In this document: piece after piece, positions 14,001-26,457 of the stretch
How the letters are laid out: each line of letters begins with the position of its first letter
Position numbering within the stretch: the stretch's first letter is position 1
DNA from: Balanoglossus misakiensis
Taxonomy: Eukaryota > Animalia > Hemichordata
Reading direction: 5' to 3'
Assembly: GCA_040954595.2 (NCBI GenBank)
Contig: CM082576.2
Location: forward strand, 4,810,760 to 4,874,759
Length of the DNA stretch: 64,000 nt
Notes under the pieces: model-generated
What the model saw: the letters and a program-made list of their open reading frames with translations, nothing else
Database searches by the model: none
Told to the model about the DNA's origin: nothing
Translations under genes and position numbers: made by a program

Positions 14001-17000
14001 GGGCTGGTTGAACTTGATAAAAGGGATGATAAATCTGTGGCCTACTACTCTGATAAAAGTCCAAAAGCACAGCTTGAATGGCTCACACATAAGTTCACTT
14101 TGTCACCAACACAGGATGAACGCTTTTCTGGATCTAGGACAACTTTCTCTATTGGTATCCGTCCCATAGCGGGTGGTAGGTCCCAAGATACGTTAGATGA
14201 TCTTATATCCCTCATAGATGACCTGCAGAGGATAGCTGCACAACTTGGCATTAAGAACCCCGCAGATGTAGTGTCGGTATGTAACATCAAGGCAAAAATG
14301 TCCGATAGAGCGGCCACTGAAACCAAGCTCACCAATCTCCTAATAGAGGAAAAGACACGTGAACTTGAAAATAAACTCTCAAACTGGGATTCTCTGACTG
14401 ATGCCGAGAGAGAGAGGATGACCCGAGTGTATGCATTTACTTGTGGTGCACATAAGGTACATAACACAAGTGAAGCCATGAACAAAGCAGCAATCCACCA
14501 TTTGTATCGTGGTGATGAAATCTCTGCCAGAGGACTGATAGGAGCAAAGAAACATATCTATGAGGCAGACAAACTGCTTTGTACTGAGGCGAAAAAAGAA
14601 TACTCTGAAGGAAAGGATTTCAGAGCATACTGCCTAACAGAAGAAAAAGTGGCTGAATCTGCTTGCGGGCTGTTTAAACCCATCGTTGGATCTCGGTACC
14701 TGGTATATTTTCATTGTTCTATTCCCACATTCATAGGACAGGAGTTCATACAGACATTCTTAATCAATGAACGGGAAGCTAAAGGTACATGGAACAGACT
14801 TGAAAAGGCTGTTTATGATGGATATTTTGATGACAGAATTCTGGCAGAAGAACGCACATATGCAATACTGTATACAGAGGTACTGCTTCCATTACTGAGT
14901 AAGTGCAAAGTTGCTAAAGATCCCTTGGCCATGAATGAGTGTTACACAACTGCTGTAACAAAACTCCGACAGTGGTCTGAAGAACCAGAACTCATCTTCA
15001 ATGACAACGATCATGTCTGGCCAGATGTCACTTTGCATTATCAAGATTATATGCAGAAAATCAGAGAGAAGCATCATACAGATGACTTAGTCATTGAGCT
15101 TCTGAAAGTATGTTGCAAAGCTGGTGCACAAAAACTCAAAGACCATGCCAGAGAGCATCTTCCAGGTGGCTTGTATGGTGACCCGTCTTTGGCGCAACAG
15201 AAAGCCGCCAGTCTCATATCGACTGCAACAAATGACACTTGTGAAAGTGATTTCGGAATGTTGAGTCAGCAGCATAACTTTGCGCCATCGAGTAACCCAC
15301 TGTCACTTGGAGCTATTGTGATGGCCAAGAGAGACCACAGTGCCGAGTGGGCTATACAACAAGACCCAGAAGATAGGAAAAGAGTAGTTTCTGTAGCAAG
15401 GATGGAGGCAATCAGGGCTATGAAAAAATATGGAACACGTGATCAACAACTGAGCACTATATTCCGGCAGAGAGAAGCCCGAAAACAAGTACAGCGAGAA
15501 AGGCGGAGAGCTGCTCGTTTAAAAAAGGATCAGAAGAAACGTCAGGTGAAAGGAGCTCTGCAAGAAGGACAGTTAATCGACAGCATTTCTGAAATCAAAA
15601 CAGCCTCTACAAAAGTCTGCACCATACAAATTCAAATGTGGGCACAACTGGCAGAATTTGGAGTAGCAGTGCATGCCAAGGAAAAGTTAGTCGGTAGAAG
15701 TAAAGTGACCACTGTCAGCGGCAAACGAAAATTGTTGATGGCCCTTGTAAATGCAAATCGGTCAATAAAAGCATCAATCCAGCGTGCCATGTCTTGTTCC
15801 TCTGGAAGTGACACTGTACCGGTAATTAACACAGTACCTCCACCGGGTGAGTCTTCCTCTGATGACTATGATATGGAAGATGACCTGCCCTTGCATTCAT
15901 TCACTGGGGTTCCTTCGACCAGTTGGAAGAGAATGGAAACAAATAATGGCGTTGACTCTGAGGACGATGATGTGCCACTGATTCAACTGAAAGTGCGTAG
16001 CTCGTCTCACACGGAGGACACGCATGTTCCAACTGACGCCGCTGGTAACAGACGTTTAGTGAACAGTCAATCCCATTAGGCAGTGCTCACACAAGATGGC
16101 GGCGACCATGAATGGTACAATTGACTATTGCATGATTTGAAATCAAAATTTGTACTAGTAATAAGCATCTAAATTGATATTTTAATGGCTTACACTGTTA
16201 CAGCTGTTCCATTATGTATACAATTCATATTCTGCGCAGTTTAATGCATCTTAACTGGTAAAAATATCGCCAGTCCTTTTTTCTGCGTGTTCCCCATAGA
16301 CAATGCATACATGACCTTTGACCTCTAGAGCATATTTTGTTACCAAAAATGCCAATATTTACCTGTTTATTTGAAAGTGATTGCAGTTATTATTAATCAA
16401 TCACTTTGTATTATTAAACAAGCATATGCATACTCTTCCTAAATTTGCTAAGAATTTTTTTTGAAAATGATAAATTTCCATGATACAGACCTGCAAAGTT
16501 TGGGAAATGACCCATGACCCAAAACATAATTTGCATATTTTTCGGCAAATTTGAATTAATTAACCAGATTTTTCGATTCCATTCATCATTAATATGGTTC
16601 ATGCAAATTATGTATGATTTTTACCGTTATAGCTGTAAAAATAAAAAAGCATTTTTTTTTACATGAAAACAACAATTTATTATTTTGAAAAAAACAGCTA
16701 AAACTAATAATTTTGACCCAAATATACAATTCTTGTGGTGGTAATTGTGTTTCATTATTTGTGAAATATTGTTAAAAAACACTTTTGTGATGAAAAACAA
16801 TGACTTTCATGTATTGTAGTTGTTGCCTTGTGGAAATACAGCTGTTCAAAGATGGCATTTTGTTTGTTTTGTCATTCTTAAATTTTATAGCGCAATTTGC
16901 AAAATCGTCAATTTTACACCCCTAAAAAACAAATTTCTGAATGTTGTGAAGTTGCATTTTTATTTTTACTACCAAATGCAATACCATAGATACAGAAAAG

Positions 17001-17096
17001 GCTTAAATCATGACAAGATAAATGATAATATTTAAAATGTGGGGCAGTAAATATTGCAAATTGTCATGTTTTGCATTTATTGCTTTGGCCTCCCTA
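11033..17096 (+). mobile_element. Full-length, probably autonomous cut-and-paste DNA transposon (hAT-like DDE), 6064 bp
   Basis: TIR TAGGGAGGCCAAAG (11033-11046) and CTTTGGCCTCCCTA (17083-17096). TSD CAGCAGA at 11026-11032 and 17097-17103; a 9-bp TSD ACAGCAGAT also fits if the ends are AGGG. Contains one uninterrupted 3.8-kb transposase ORF. Confidence 0.9.
12297..16079 (+). CDS. DDE transposase, hAT-like, with a long N-terminal coiled coil
   Basis: 1260-aa ORF with RNase-H-fold motifs in the expected order: YYSD (about 14052), MSDRAATE (about 14304), FTCGAH (CxxH), GSRY (position of hAT RW), TNDTCESDFG (catalytic E about 15243). The first ~130 bp are T-rich and end in an acceptor ttttccAG at 12426, so the true start probably lies in an upstream exon. 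Confidence 0.8.
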   Translation: MLNKINFMILLGQKFIYDLSCLILKFRLLMSVTFLSFSFCYFPGHVTCCVKAGEPLKKVDLLELDYACDKFSVVLHRRKYELLLSCLQTYSNIETAQRTELQLRAIVQRLKINFNKLVDAYNKSRSTRRAPVLFEKLQCFLGEPFLWPKRTTKELDITDTVCDAVNKEEYEMPNSSMPPPPTYDEVIKMDLERGRPACMIGSPPPYSDAPGVLLSNSSGSKFDTLNRSHHRSGLSYSNSPEKQQLKLEKKKLERKLCATKKRLIASESELAQSSRVIGVRSKQLLRDRDIALDTVETEKKKAAAVKEEAQKEIMKSKERAERQILNIQSQSENQLRDMQHTMNEIHKKLQQQADESEQVITECRDRISDMRDKFDASVKSAVKEIAEERNQWKAATETLLDLADNREEQTRKMTKKVQRYDALVKEKRVLNLKLIKKDQHITNLKTRIAEAMDDIENCKDAAAVFYDGIIAELSEQMKEKENNEAELQKRIMELTSLETRERGSLYKTEIRLTYYHLLTLGVSANNIEPVIRAVLDNLSPVDMKNVKLPKRSTAQRMRVEAGVLATVRGLVELDKRDDKSVAYYSDKSPKAQLEWLTHKFTLSPTQDERFSGSRTTFSIGIRPIAGGRSQDTLDDLISLIDDLQRIAAQLGIKNPADVVSVCNIKAKMSDRAATETKLTNLLIEEKTRELENKLSNWDSLTDAERERMTRVYAFTCGAHKVHNTSEAMNKAAIHHLYRGDEISARGLIGAKKHIYEADKLLCTEAKKEYSEGKDFRAYCLTEEKVAESACGLFKPIVGSRYLVYFHCSIPTFIGQEFIQTFLINEREAKGTWNRLEKAVYDGYFDDRILAEERTYAILYTEVLLPLLSKCKVAKDPLAMNECYTTAVTKLRQWSEEPELIFNDNDHVWPDVTLHYQDYMQKIREKHHTDDLVIELLKVCCKAGAQKLKDHAREHLPGGLYGDPSLAQQKAASLISTATNDTCESDFGMLSQQHNFAPSSNPLSLGAIVMAKRDHSAEWAIQQDPEDRKRVVSVARMEAIRAMKKYGTRDQQLSTIFRQREARKQVQRERRRAARLKKDQKKRQVKGALQEGQLIDSISEIKTASTKVCTIQIQMWAQLAEFGVAVHAKEKLVGRSKVTTVSGKRKLLMALVNANRSIKASIQRAMSCSSGSDTVPVINTVPPPGESSSDDYDMEDDLPLHSFTGVPSTSWKRMETNNGVDSEDDDVPLIQLKVRSSSHTEDTHVPTDAAGNRRLVNSQSH

Positions 17097-20000
17097 CAGC
17101 AGATGCTGAAGAACATCGTGCCTGGAATGTTAAGGAAAGATGTTAACCCACTGAGTGGAATCAGTTGATCTGGGCACTTTGTGTGGACGAATTCTGAGTG
17201 ATAAGTCAATTCCCACATTTGGGATGCAACTCAAAAATATGTTTTGCTGAATATACATTCAAGACCAACGGTAAATGAGAATGTTGACAGTTTGTACGTG
17301 TGCATCAGTAAAGTTATTGGAATACCTCCACTGGTCATTGCAAGCTATAGGCGCCTCTTCAACAACAAGACGTCCACAAGCTGTTAGCCAGATGTTCATT
17401 AACAAAGACAAAAAGCAAAGTATAGCACCACCAGGCTTGTCAGGGAATACCTGGAATAATTTGGCATCTCATCCAAACAACAACTTGATACGCAAGAAAA
17501 CATAAACTCACTGTTTTCTTTTCCACTGAACTTGAACACTGACGCGGCACACTTCAAACCAATGAGCTTACAGTCACGTAAGTTGGTCCCCAGCCAAAAG
17601 TTTGTGCATGAGGAAAATTGCTCTGATGCTTTCGTTGATAAGGAACTGGAAATAGATTGGATGCAAAGGAAATGTCGATTTTTTTTTCTACTGACTTTCA
17701 ATTAGGGCGATCAGTGCTTGTCTGAGGAGCATTCAGTGTTGGAAATATTTACGGCAAGTTTCCTTAACTACCAGCAAGATGAAGTTTTTTCAATCAACTG
17801 ATCAGTTAAATCTGGCCAAACCCTATCCTAGTTTACTGTAACCAATTGATAGGTCAGTAGCTGTGACGTACAATGTATTTGATTCACATAGTGAATGCTC
17901 AAGCTTACTTGAAATGGGATGTACAAACAAGTAATGAAGGTGGCTGGGATACACGTATGTCTTTTCTGTTGAAGGAGGGAGGAGGGGATTGTCTGGATTC
18001 TCATCATGCCTGATAACATCAAACAACCTGTCAGTTTATACGGGTGATATACAACTATGAATACTCTGACCAGGCTTTGCCATTACTCTACTGGTATTTC
18101 CATAGATCTCAATCTGGCCAACTTCAAGGTACAGGTCCATAAATTTCCATGCATTAACCTTTCATTTTGGCTGTGGTTAAAAGAACAACTTTCAAAACTC
18201 TGATAGTTGAAAGGATCCTGCTCTACTTTCACTCTAGAAAGGACATCCTGAATTGAGACATGCCATCAAAGAAGATGCGATCATTTCTTGTGACAGGAAA
18301 AAAAATTAATAAAAACTGCACCGCAGGGGATATTGGAGAAAGTACATGGAGTGATAAAGGACAGGACATCATTGCAACACTTTTTGATTATTTTTCTTTA
18401 TGACAGATCCATAAAAGATCGCATTCTACAATTAATTTTATGGGGATATCAACTCCCTTTTTCTTTGTAGAAGGCACGACTGTGATTCTGGGTTCAAAGA
18501 ACCTGAAATCACAAGGAAAGATTTAGCCTTAAGGCGAAGACAGTCCATGACTCAAACATGTAAAATCATATTCTCCAGATGCCTGTCTGTTCACTTGTGT
18601 GTATGCTTATTGTCTTTGGCCCCGAGGCACATCAGGAAATGACAACCAACATTGAAACATATCCATCAGTAGAAAAAAAAATTTGATTTGATTATTATAA
18701 ATGCCCTTCCCAAGTTTTGATTTCATATATCACCTCACTGTCTAGACTCTGTCCCGAACTATCATAATTAAAAACCCATAAAGGTCATTCTTTTCCAGCA
18801 TTGGGAAATTTAATAAGCCCAATGATATACTGTACATGTACTGTAAAACGGAAAATGTTTATGACAGGAAATTTACACGATATCAAAAGAGGCAACTGTT
18901 ACGCGACAATTAATAATCTTTATTCTTGATTTTAAGATAGACAACAATCTAAAGCTGTCTTGAGAAAAATATGAGAAATAGTTTATGACTTTGATTTTCG
19001 AGGCACACACAACCTTAAAGTAGTTGGTTCCTTCGCTGACTATCAGCTGTTCTCAACACCCCTGATACTGCAGTTTCAGAACTGTGAACACGCGCCTTGT
19101 GGGGATAACAAGCGTACTCTCACTCAACCATTTCAAGCTTCATGTGACTAAGACGCTGCACATGTATACGTGACCTCAGAAGGCTGTCTAATTTCCCTTT
19201 TTCTCTCCAAGACCCCCATACTTATTACAGGGTCAACATTTTCTCCTGGAGGTACTGCTGACCTCTGTTCGGGTCGCGGCGTGTCACATTGTTATCATGT
19301 TTGGCCTGACGCACTGCTCGCTGAAAGTTTACTGCTTAAGGCACCAGATTTGTATCTTTTGCTACTGATTCACTGCAACTTGATAATCCGAGACTTCATG
19401 AAGTTTCAAGCATTACAGTCCAGGACTCTACATACATTGTTTAAACAATTGCACCAAATTCACACAGTTGAATACATGAATCAAAGATCGAAACGGCACA
19501 AGTGACGGCTGACAGTCAAAAAGCCAGGTATACGTATATTGTTAACCTGTAGACAGCAGAGCTAGAGCAATACCTTTAGCTTCTTTGAACAACCACACCC
19601 TTCAGTGTGTACTAAACCGATCTGTGTGGGGTCAATCATCCAATTACATCATGTACAGGCAGTAATACTGGAAAAAGCAAAATCTCAAAGGAATACATGG
19701 CTTATATTGCCAAGGATGTTCCCCTGGAGTCGCCTTAAAAACTGCTAAATATAGCTCTTATCTCTCCCAGATCTCATCAAAATTACCAATAAGATTAGTG
19801 ATCAATATCAGGATGTATGTTTCCATTCTAAACAGTTTGCCTACATGCTCATTTATCCTTTATAATGATTTCCGGAAATCACCAGGGCTGACAGGAGGTA
19901 AATCACTCCATATAAGATCTCAAGGGATGAAATGAGATGAATCATCAGATGAAATCAAACTCAATCGAAAGACTTTGCTTTAAACGCGCTACTCTAGTAT

Positions 20001-20240
20001 GACAAAGTGTTATTGTTTTAGATTGCTTGTACGTGTATGTAAAAAAATCTGTTTCTTCTCTAGAATGTCCTTTTATTAGTATTTTCATTAAAGTGAGACT
20101 TGCATGATCCTCATGTAAATATATACAGACTGTCACTAATAAACACAATAGTTAACACATAGTTAACAGATAGTTTTGATCCACTAGACTAACTGTCAAC
20201 ACCAGTACACATTAAATATATTAACAAACTCATAATCCAC

Positions 20241-20304
20241 GTGCCATGCTCATCAACCCTTTGGCAAGATCTACACCTATGGCATATAGGCCACAATTGC
20301 AAAA
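20241..20304 (+). repeat. Copy 2 of the 64-bp dispersed direct repeat
   Basis: Matches 10750-10820 apart from the 7-bp duplication in copy 1; flanks are unrelated. Confidence 0.85.
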
Positions 20305-20729
20305 ATATTATAAATGTTAATAATTAGCAAGCCACAAGCGCCAAACGTCAGGCACACACGCACGCTCAATGATGATGACATTGCCCCCCCACAAGCCACA
20401 GGAAACCCAGATTTTCTAATCATCATTAGAGTATTTTGTTGTTCACAATGAAAAAGAGAAACTGAGGTAGTGATGGCTATTCAGATGGCACGTACAGAAT
20501 TTCTATTATGACCACATGAGGGCAGTCAACATGATAAACCTGTGCTTCAGCTGTACACAGGATTTGCTTCAAGTCTGTTTCATACACTGGATGGATATAC
20601 TCTTGAGGGTGCTATAACAAATGCATTAAAGTTTGCTAGAGTATCAGTCAACTGGCTGAAATAAACCAATGTTTCCATTAAAGTTTGATATAGGATGAGT
20701 GAGACATCAGTATGGTCAGCAAAACTTAC

Positions 20730-21543
20730 CTGAATTATGAGACACCTTGCATGGTTCCGTAGATTAAAGCACGATTAAAAGACTACAATCACCTCATGAC
20801 AGCTAGAACACACTGTGACACTTTTGAAGATAAAACATTTTGGAGCAATATACATACACATGTACTCACCGACTCATGATTGGTTGAATCTCTTCCCTTT
20901 TTTTCAGGCAGTAGCTGATGATGGCAGAAAACAGTGGACTAGTTGATGATGATGACGGTAGTGGTGGTGGTACAGCAAAGCTGAATACTCCTCCAAGACC
21001 AAACAATACAATCTAGAAATATCAGTACACCAGTGAACACCAGATGTCTTTTGATGACTTACTAGTAGTCCCTGTTGAAAATCAATTGGATAGAACAAAG
21101 TGTTAGTGTATAAGTACATGACATATCAAGTCACACAACATTACTGGCTGTACATGTATAATTCTGGGAATTGATAGTATTTTTCTGGGGCATACAAACC
21201 CTGTGTTTGTAAATCCACTCACCTGTATCTGAGGAAAATCCTTATGAGAAAGTGGGAAGTACTGACGGCTGGCCAACAACTTTTCACATCAGCTCTCTAC
21301 GTTCAACACAAAACTGCACTGCTCGACACCAAGGCAATGAAATCTCTGAGAGCAGCTAGACACGAAGATTAGCTGTGACGGAGTTTCCACTGGTAAATCG
21401 ACAGTCTGAACTGCAAAACAAGATAACCCATGCTGGTTGTTACAAAAGAACTTGTATAACTTGACTGAAAATGATACGGTCTAATTTATGCTGAAATGGA
21501 TGCACCATCCTGAAGACCATATTAAAACGAGGATGAGATTACC
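20730..21543 (-). ncRNA. Chain of spliced, apparently non-coding exons (lncRNA or multi-exon 5'UTR)
   Basis: - strand: donor CAG|GTAATC at 21543; exon 21410-21223 (ttttgcAG| ... CAG|GTGAGT); exon 21071-20870 (tttcaacAG| with branch-like cactaac ... CG|GTGAGT); further donor CAG|GTAAGT at about 20730. Introns of 132 and 151 bp; no continuous ORF found. Confidence 0.4.
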
Positions 21544-22024
21544 TGGTATAGTTTTCTTTAAAAGCAGGTAGCAAAGTATCGAGTGACTCACTGTGATCTT
21601 TTAAAGTTCTTTGCCAGAAGTATACAGAATTCAATGTTCTACAGATAATTACTGGTGGAGGAGTTTCGTTCATGTAGTATACGAACTACAAAGCACTTTA
21701 ACAAGAAATCTTCAGAAAATTAAGAGATTCAAACACACAGAATGTGTTGTACTCAAAGGGACCGGAGAGCGATTTCATGCAAGATTACGTTGGTCGGATT
21801 ATGTTTCACTTTGCCATACAAATTATCAAACTTACTCAGGAGGGCAGCTTTTGCAGTCTTGAGACAGGTGATCGCCGTTATCCAGGGATTACTACTCGAG
21901 CAGGATGGATATCAGATTGGAGTTGCTGACGTAAAACGGCTAATTTGATACAGTCCGGCACGCAGGGGCTGAAATGGAACGCCATTAGAACTGCGTTAAG
22001 TTCCATTATACTGATGTTCTCCAA

Positions 22025-22122
22025 TGCACGAAATTGACGATAATGTTTCTTCAATGACATAACAACATTGCGTGATGCACGAAATTGATGATAACGATTT
22101 TATAATAACATGGCAACATTAC
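22025..22122. repeat. Imperfect ~52-bp tandem duplication
   Basis: atgcacgaaattgacgataatg...caacattgc followed by atgcacgaaattgatgataacg...caacattac. Confidence 0.65.
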
Positions 22123-23595
22123 AAAATGGTTATTTGATAGCTGTTTGTCGATTGCCCACATCAAGAAAGACCCTGATGTATTTAAGATTGTGTGCATAGA
22201 CACAGCAGGTCTGGCATTAAGCAGGGATTGAAATAGGATGCCTCATAGATGTACCAAGGTGTAATGTGCAAATGGATATTTTTTAACATGTAGGCATATT
22301 TTTCTTAATTTAAACGAGAGCTTTTGATGGTCAGTCATGTTTTTCACCAAGATAGGCTTCCTATAATAAGTGTAAGTATGAGACAAACCAGTTTAAAAGT
22401 GTGAAATTCACCAAATTTGAAAATAGTGTATCATCAACTTCAATTTCAAAAGGATAAAATGTAAGTAGCGTGACAAAGTCATAAAATGCATGCTATAAGT
22501 ACATTGTACATGTATGTTCCAATAAAGCTAAACAGGTTATCTGTGATCAAACAAGGTCATTGCATTGCCCTGAAATTTAGCATATTTCAGACTGAACACA
22601 CCGTTTTCTCTAAATTATACTGTAAATCTGGCAATGCAGCAAAAATAAGGAAAATCACAACAAGATATTATAACAGGAAAATGGTCAATTTCAATGTGAC
22701 TTACGAGTCTGGATCTAATACCAACTCGACTGCAATTCTCGTATTCAGGAAATATTACACGAACATGGATGGGTGTGACAGAGTGATGAAGTGTGCCGAA
22801 GCTGTCCTAGAGAACATTACAGTTCCTCTGGCTTATGTGGCAGTATCAAAACAATCTATCTTAATATCATTCCTCCAACAGTATCACACCTTAATAATTT
22901 GTCTGGTATCTAACGGCAACGCCACAACAAAGGTCCAGGCCTTTCATAACTCCAGACACAAATATAAAAGCATAAAACGCCTCCAGGGTTCACACAGTGC
23001 ATATAATTCTTATCCCCACTGGAAATCAATACTTTAGTTCGTGTTCCATCACGGGTATACATAATTGTACACACAACAGTTAATATAATTACACAACACC
23101 TAAATGTCTGGTCGTAGTTGTTGTAACAAAAGACTGGATGATTTCAACCATGGTAATATAACGAGCTTTAAGTCATTTTGTTATAGAAAAACTGAACACG
23201 ACAGCTTACTTGAATCAATCAGCTCGAACACTTCTAATGGCACTGGAGAAAATACATCTACATCAGTAGTATGGTGTTGCTTCCAGTCTGGATGACAAAA
23301 GAGAAAATGTAATATAATCGTGACTCAAATAAAAGGAAAGGCAAATTAAGAAAATGCTGTACTAACACACAAGTTGTAAATATTAAGACTTACATAAAAG
23401 CAAATCACTCAGCAATCGACTGACTACCGTACGTATCTCTGCAGGCACTCTTGTTATTGTGTTGATTCACCTGTGAAATACGCGCAGGCGATAATAGTCA
23501 GATCCAATTTGAAAAATGGGAGTACCTGCCAGACTGCATAGACCTGAGCTGAAGATTGGAAATACTAAATGTCACCAACTACGTTGTTCCCTACA

Positions 23596-23608
23596 GTTGC
23601 CTAGCAAC
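23596..23608. promoter_or_regulatory. RFX X-box-like motif GTTGCCTAGCAAC
   Basis: Near-palindromic X-box match just upstream (on - strand) of candidate small exons at about 23430-23580. Confidence 0.35.
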
Positions 23609-26145
23609 CTGAAAAGTGAAAGTATCTGCAAGAGCCGGTCAGCCCCCTGCTTTCAGTTTCAGCCTGAGATCATTTTCAACTAAGCAAATGATGGATTCTT
23701 TCAGTAGCGCAACTCTGTTGCCAACAGGAGGGAAAATGGAGAATATATACGGAGGAGTGGGGAAATAAATCTGGCTGCTGCATCGGTCCTATGAGACTAC
23801 CAGTACATGTACCCTACATCTTCTCAGACATTTTTATCATGATCAGCTTTTGATCCTTCAATGTTTTATCAGAATAAGAGAGTAAGGGGCGTGAGCTGGC
23901 TTTCAACAATTTTAAAGAGAGTTTTGGAATTATATACTCCTAGAAGGGGGATCTGAAATATGTCCATGCGTAAAAAGTTGTTGCTCCATAGCACTATAAA
24001 TCCCCTTAATTGATTTACCAATTTGCATCAAAGGCCTGAAATTTCGATGCAACATGCCCATTTCTGGATGCTTTAATTGTCTTCATTATGAGAATTTGTT
24101 TTAAACACATAAACAGAAAAATTTATTTCAGAAAGTTCCTACTTCAATGTATGTGTATATAGATTGATCAACACAAGGTTTAGTTGTTTTGTTTATAAAA
24201 GGGGATTTAAATTTTTTAAACATTTTCCCTATCAGTCGACAGTGACATCGATAGCGGCCAGAATCAACAGAAGGAAAATGGATTATTTTCCACTTCAGTA
24301 AACAATGTAATGGAATTACTTCAGGAAGCGTATGATTGCCACCGGAAATGATATACTAAGCAGCGAGCACATAACAAACTGAATACATCCAGCAGTGTCA
24401 GGGGGAAAAGGCAGTGAACTGATGTAAAAATACATCACATACATCATGTACATGTATACCAGAGGTATAATGTTTGATGTAATGTATCATTTCTGACAAT
24501 TATCCTTTCCTCTGTATTAAGAAATATACTGAAATCTATGTACACTCAAATCATTATAACAAATTATAATTATGGCTGGACATCAGACAAAATTTGCCAA
24601 ATGCCCATCTTTCAATCATCTGATAATATGTAAATTTGAATTCATCACAAATATGAGAAGGCATATCTAAGTGGACAGAGATAAAGAGGAAGAAACAGAG
24701 AGATACAGACAGAGATACATGAGTAGACAGGCAGATACAAGGAGGGAGAGACAAAAGAGAGAGGGAGAAAACACAAGAGAGAAAAGATGAGAGAACACCC
24801 TGCTGATAATGATGAAAGACTAGACTGAGAAGCTTTCTTTTGTATTTCTTGTTTCTTTAGAAGCATATGTATCATAATACACAGATAGAGCACAGGTGCA
24901 TGGACTAATGGACATGAAAAGTAGAACCTTTATCATTCCTTTTCACTGTCTTTTTAAAATTCAAATACACATAAGGGTGTATCCCACTGATTCAAGGTGG
25001 CCGTTGAAGCTGGCAGACAACCATTAAATATCAAAATTCAAAGTTACCAAGACAACGTAAATGTATTGTTGTGATGACACCAGGTAAAATGGGAATATGG
25101 AGATAAATGTCAAATGTTAATGAATCATCAGATAAAAGTGGGAAGGCAATTTCAGATGAAATGACACTGTGTACTAATAAAGTGGAAATGACTATTGATG
25201 AGTAACATCGATCAATATCCATGGCAACACTTTTTTTTCTGTTTTAGAGTAGACAGCTTTATACATCCTACAGTAACTAGTACACATAACTACATGTATG
25301 TTAAAGATCGATGCCATTTGTTTTTGCCAAATCAAAGGGTTGCTTTGAATGCTCTGGGAGTCATCTTTTTTTCCAATTTTTCTCATGTGGGGGTTAGCCT
25401 GTTTTGCTTTTTTCCATGATGGGGTCACATGGCTGGAGAAAGTGACTATACATTACATGTAAGTCCCTTGCCCACAAATGATGTATGAACATCAACTGGG
25501 CTAACAGTATTTACTCAGCCCCTTCAGGAAGTTTTCGCTTTTTACTGTTAAAGTTCTAATGTTAACTTAAATTGTAACAAGATTTAAAGGGTGGTAAACT
25601 GAAAGTTTCATAACTTGGGTTATCCTTATTCAATAAGTTTAACCTTTAAAGATGGACTGGCTAACTTTGATAGCGCCCTCTAGCAAAACTATTTTAGTCC
25701 AATAGGATTGCAGGAAATAAATCACAAGTGGACACTGAGACTGCTGCATTAATATGTGGTGAGAATTTCAACACTAATTCTCCCGGTGGTTGTATTATGT
25801 TTATTGGCCAGAAACTGTTGGCCATGCCAGTTTTCTCAATGTTACCCTGTGAAGACTCGTCAAAAAATCCAATATGCTACCAATGGAGCGATATATTCTT
25901 TTTTCTTCTTCCCAGATTACACAAACTACAAAAATTGCTGTTTAATATGATTATCAATATTAAGACATGTAGAGATATGACATCTCTTTTGGCAGTGCAC
26001 TCCCAGTGATCATAGCTGAACAACAGAAATGTGTCACGGGCACTCAGTAGGCGATATGCGAAAGCCCTATGGTCCCTTGACATAGGCCGTGAATCTTGTA
26101 ATGAACACCTATTATCACGTTTTGCACCACACAGGGCTTTCGTGA

Positions 26146-26457
26146 GTTGTGATTCGCTGTTAGAAACAGTACAGGTTGGAAGAAACCAATTGCAGACCGA
26201 AAAGACGACCATAGGGGAGGTGAACTGACCAAACTTGAGCGAAAACTCTAACGCAGTACTACTATTACAAAGGATAAATAGCATTTGTACATTGCACGGT
26301 CACCCCACTGTGCGCGATCGTGTACGTGACCCCTGGATATGAGATTTCGAGCGGTGCGTCGCTAACTGTTTTAGACAGTTTTGTAGCATGTCTCCCTTAG
26401 TGTCGCATCATTTCACATTTGGCTTCTCCCAACCTGTTTCAAACAGCGAATCGCAAC
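26146..26457. repeat. Imperfect ~42-bp inverted repeat pair enclosing a CpG-rich ~220-bp core (MITE-like)
   Basis: gttgtgattcgctgttagaaacagtacaggttggaagaaaccaattg (26146-26192) versus the reverse complement of 26416-26457, gttgcgattcgctgtttgaaacaggttgggagaagccaaatg. Confidence 0.55.

Noticed and set aside
21072-21542. Possible snoRNAs in the introns of the non-coding exon chain
   Set aside because: No box C/D pair and no convincing H/ACA arrangement seen on the - strand
22486-23037. 183-aa + strand ORF
   Set aside because: No recognisable motifs, intergenic-like composition and no supporting splice structure; probably a chance ORF
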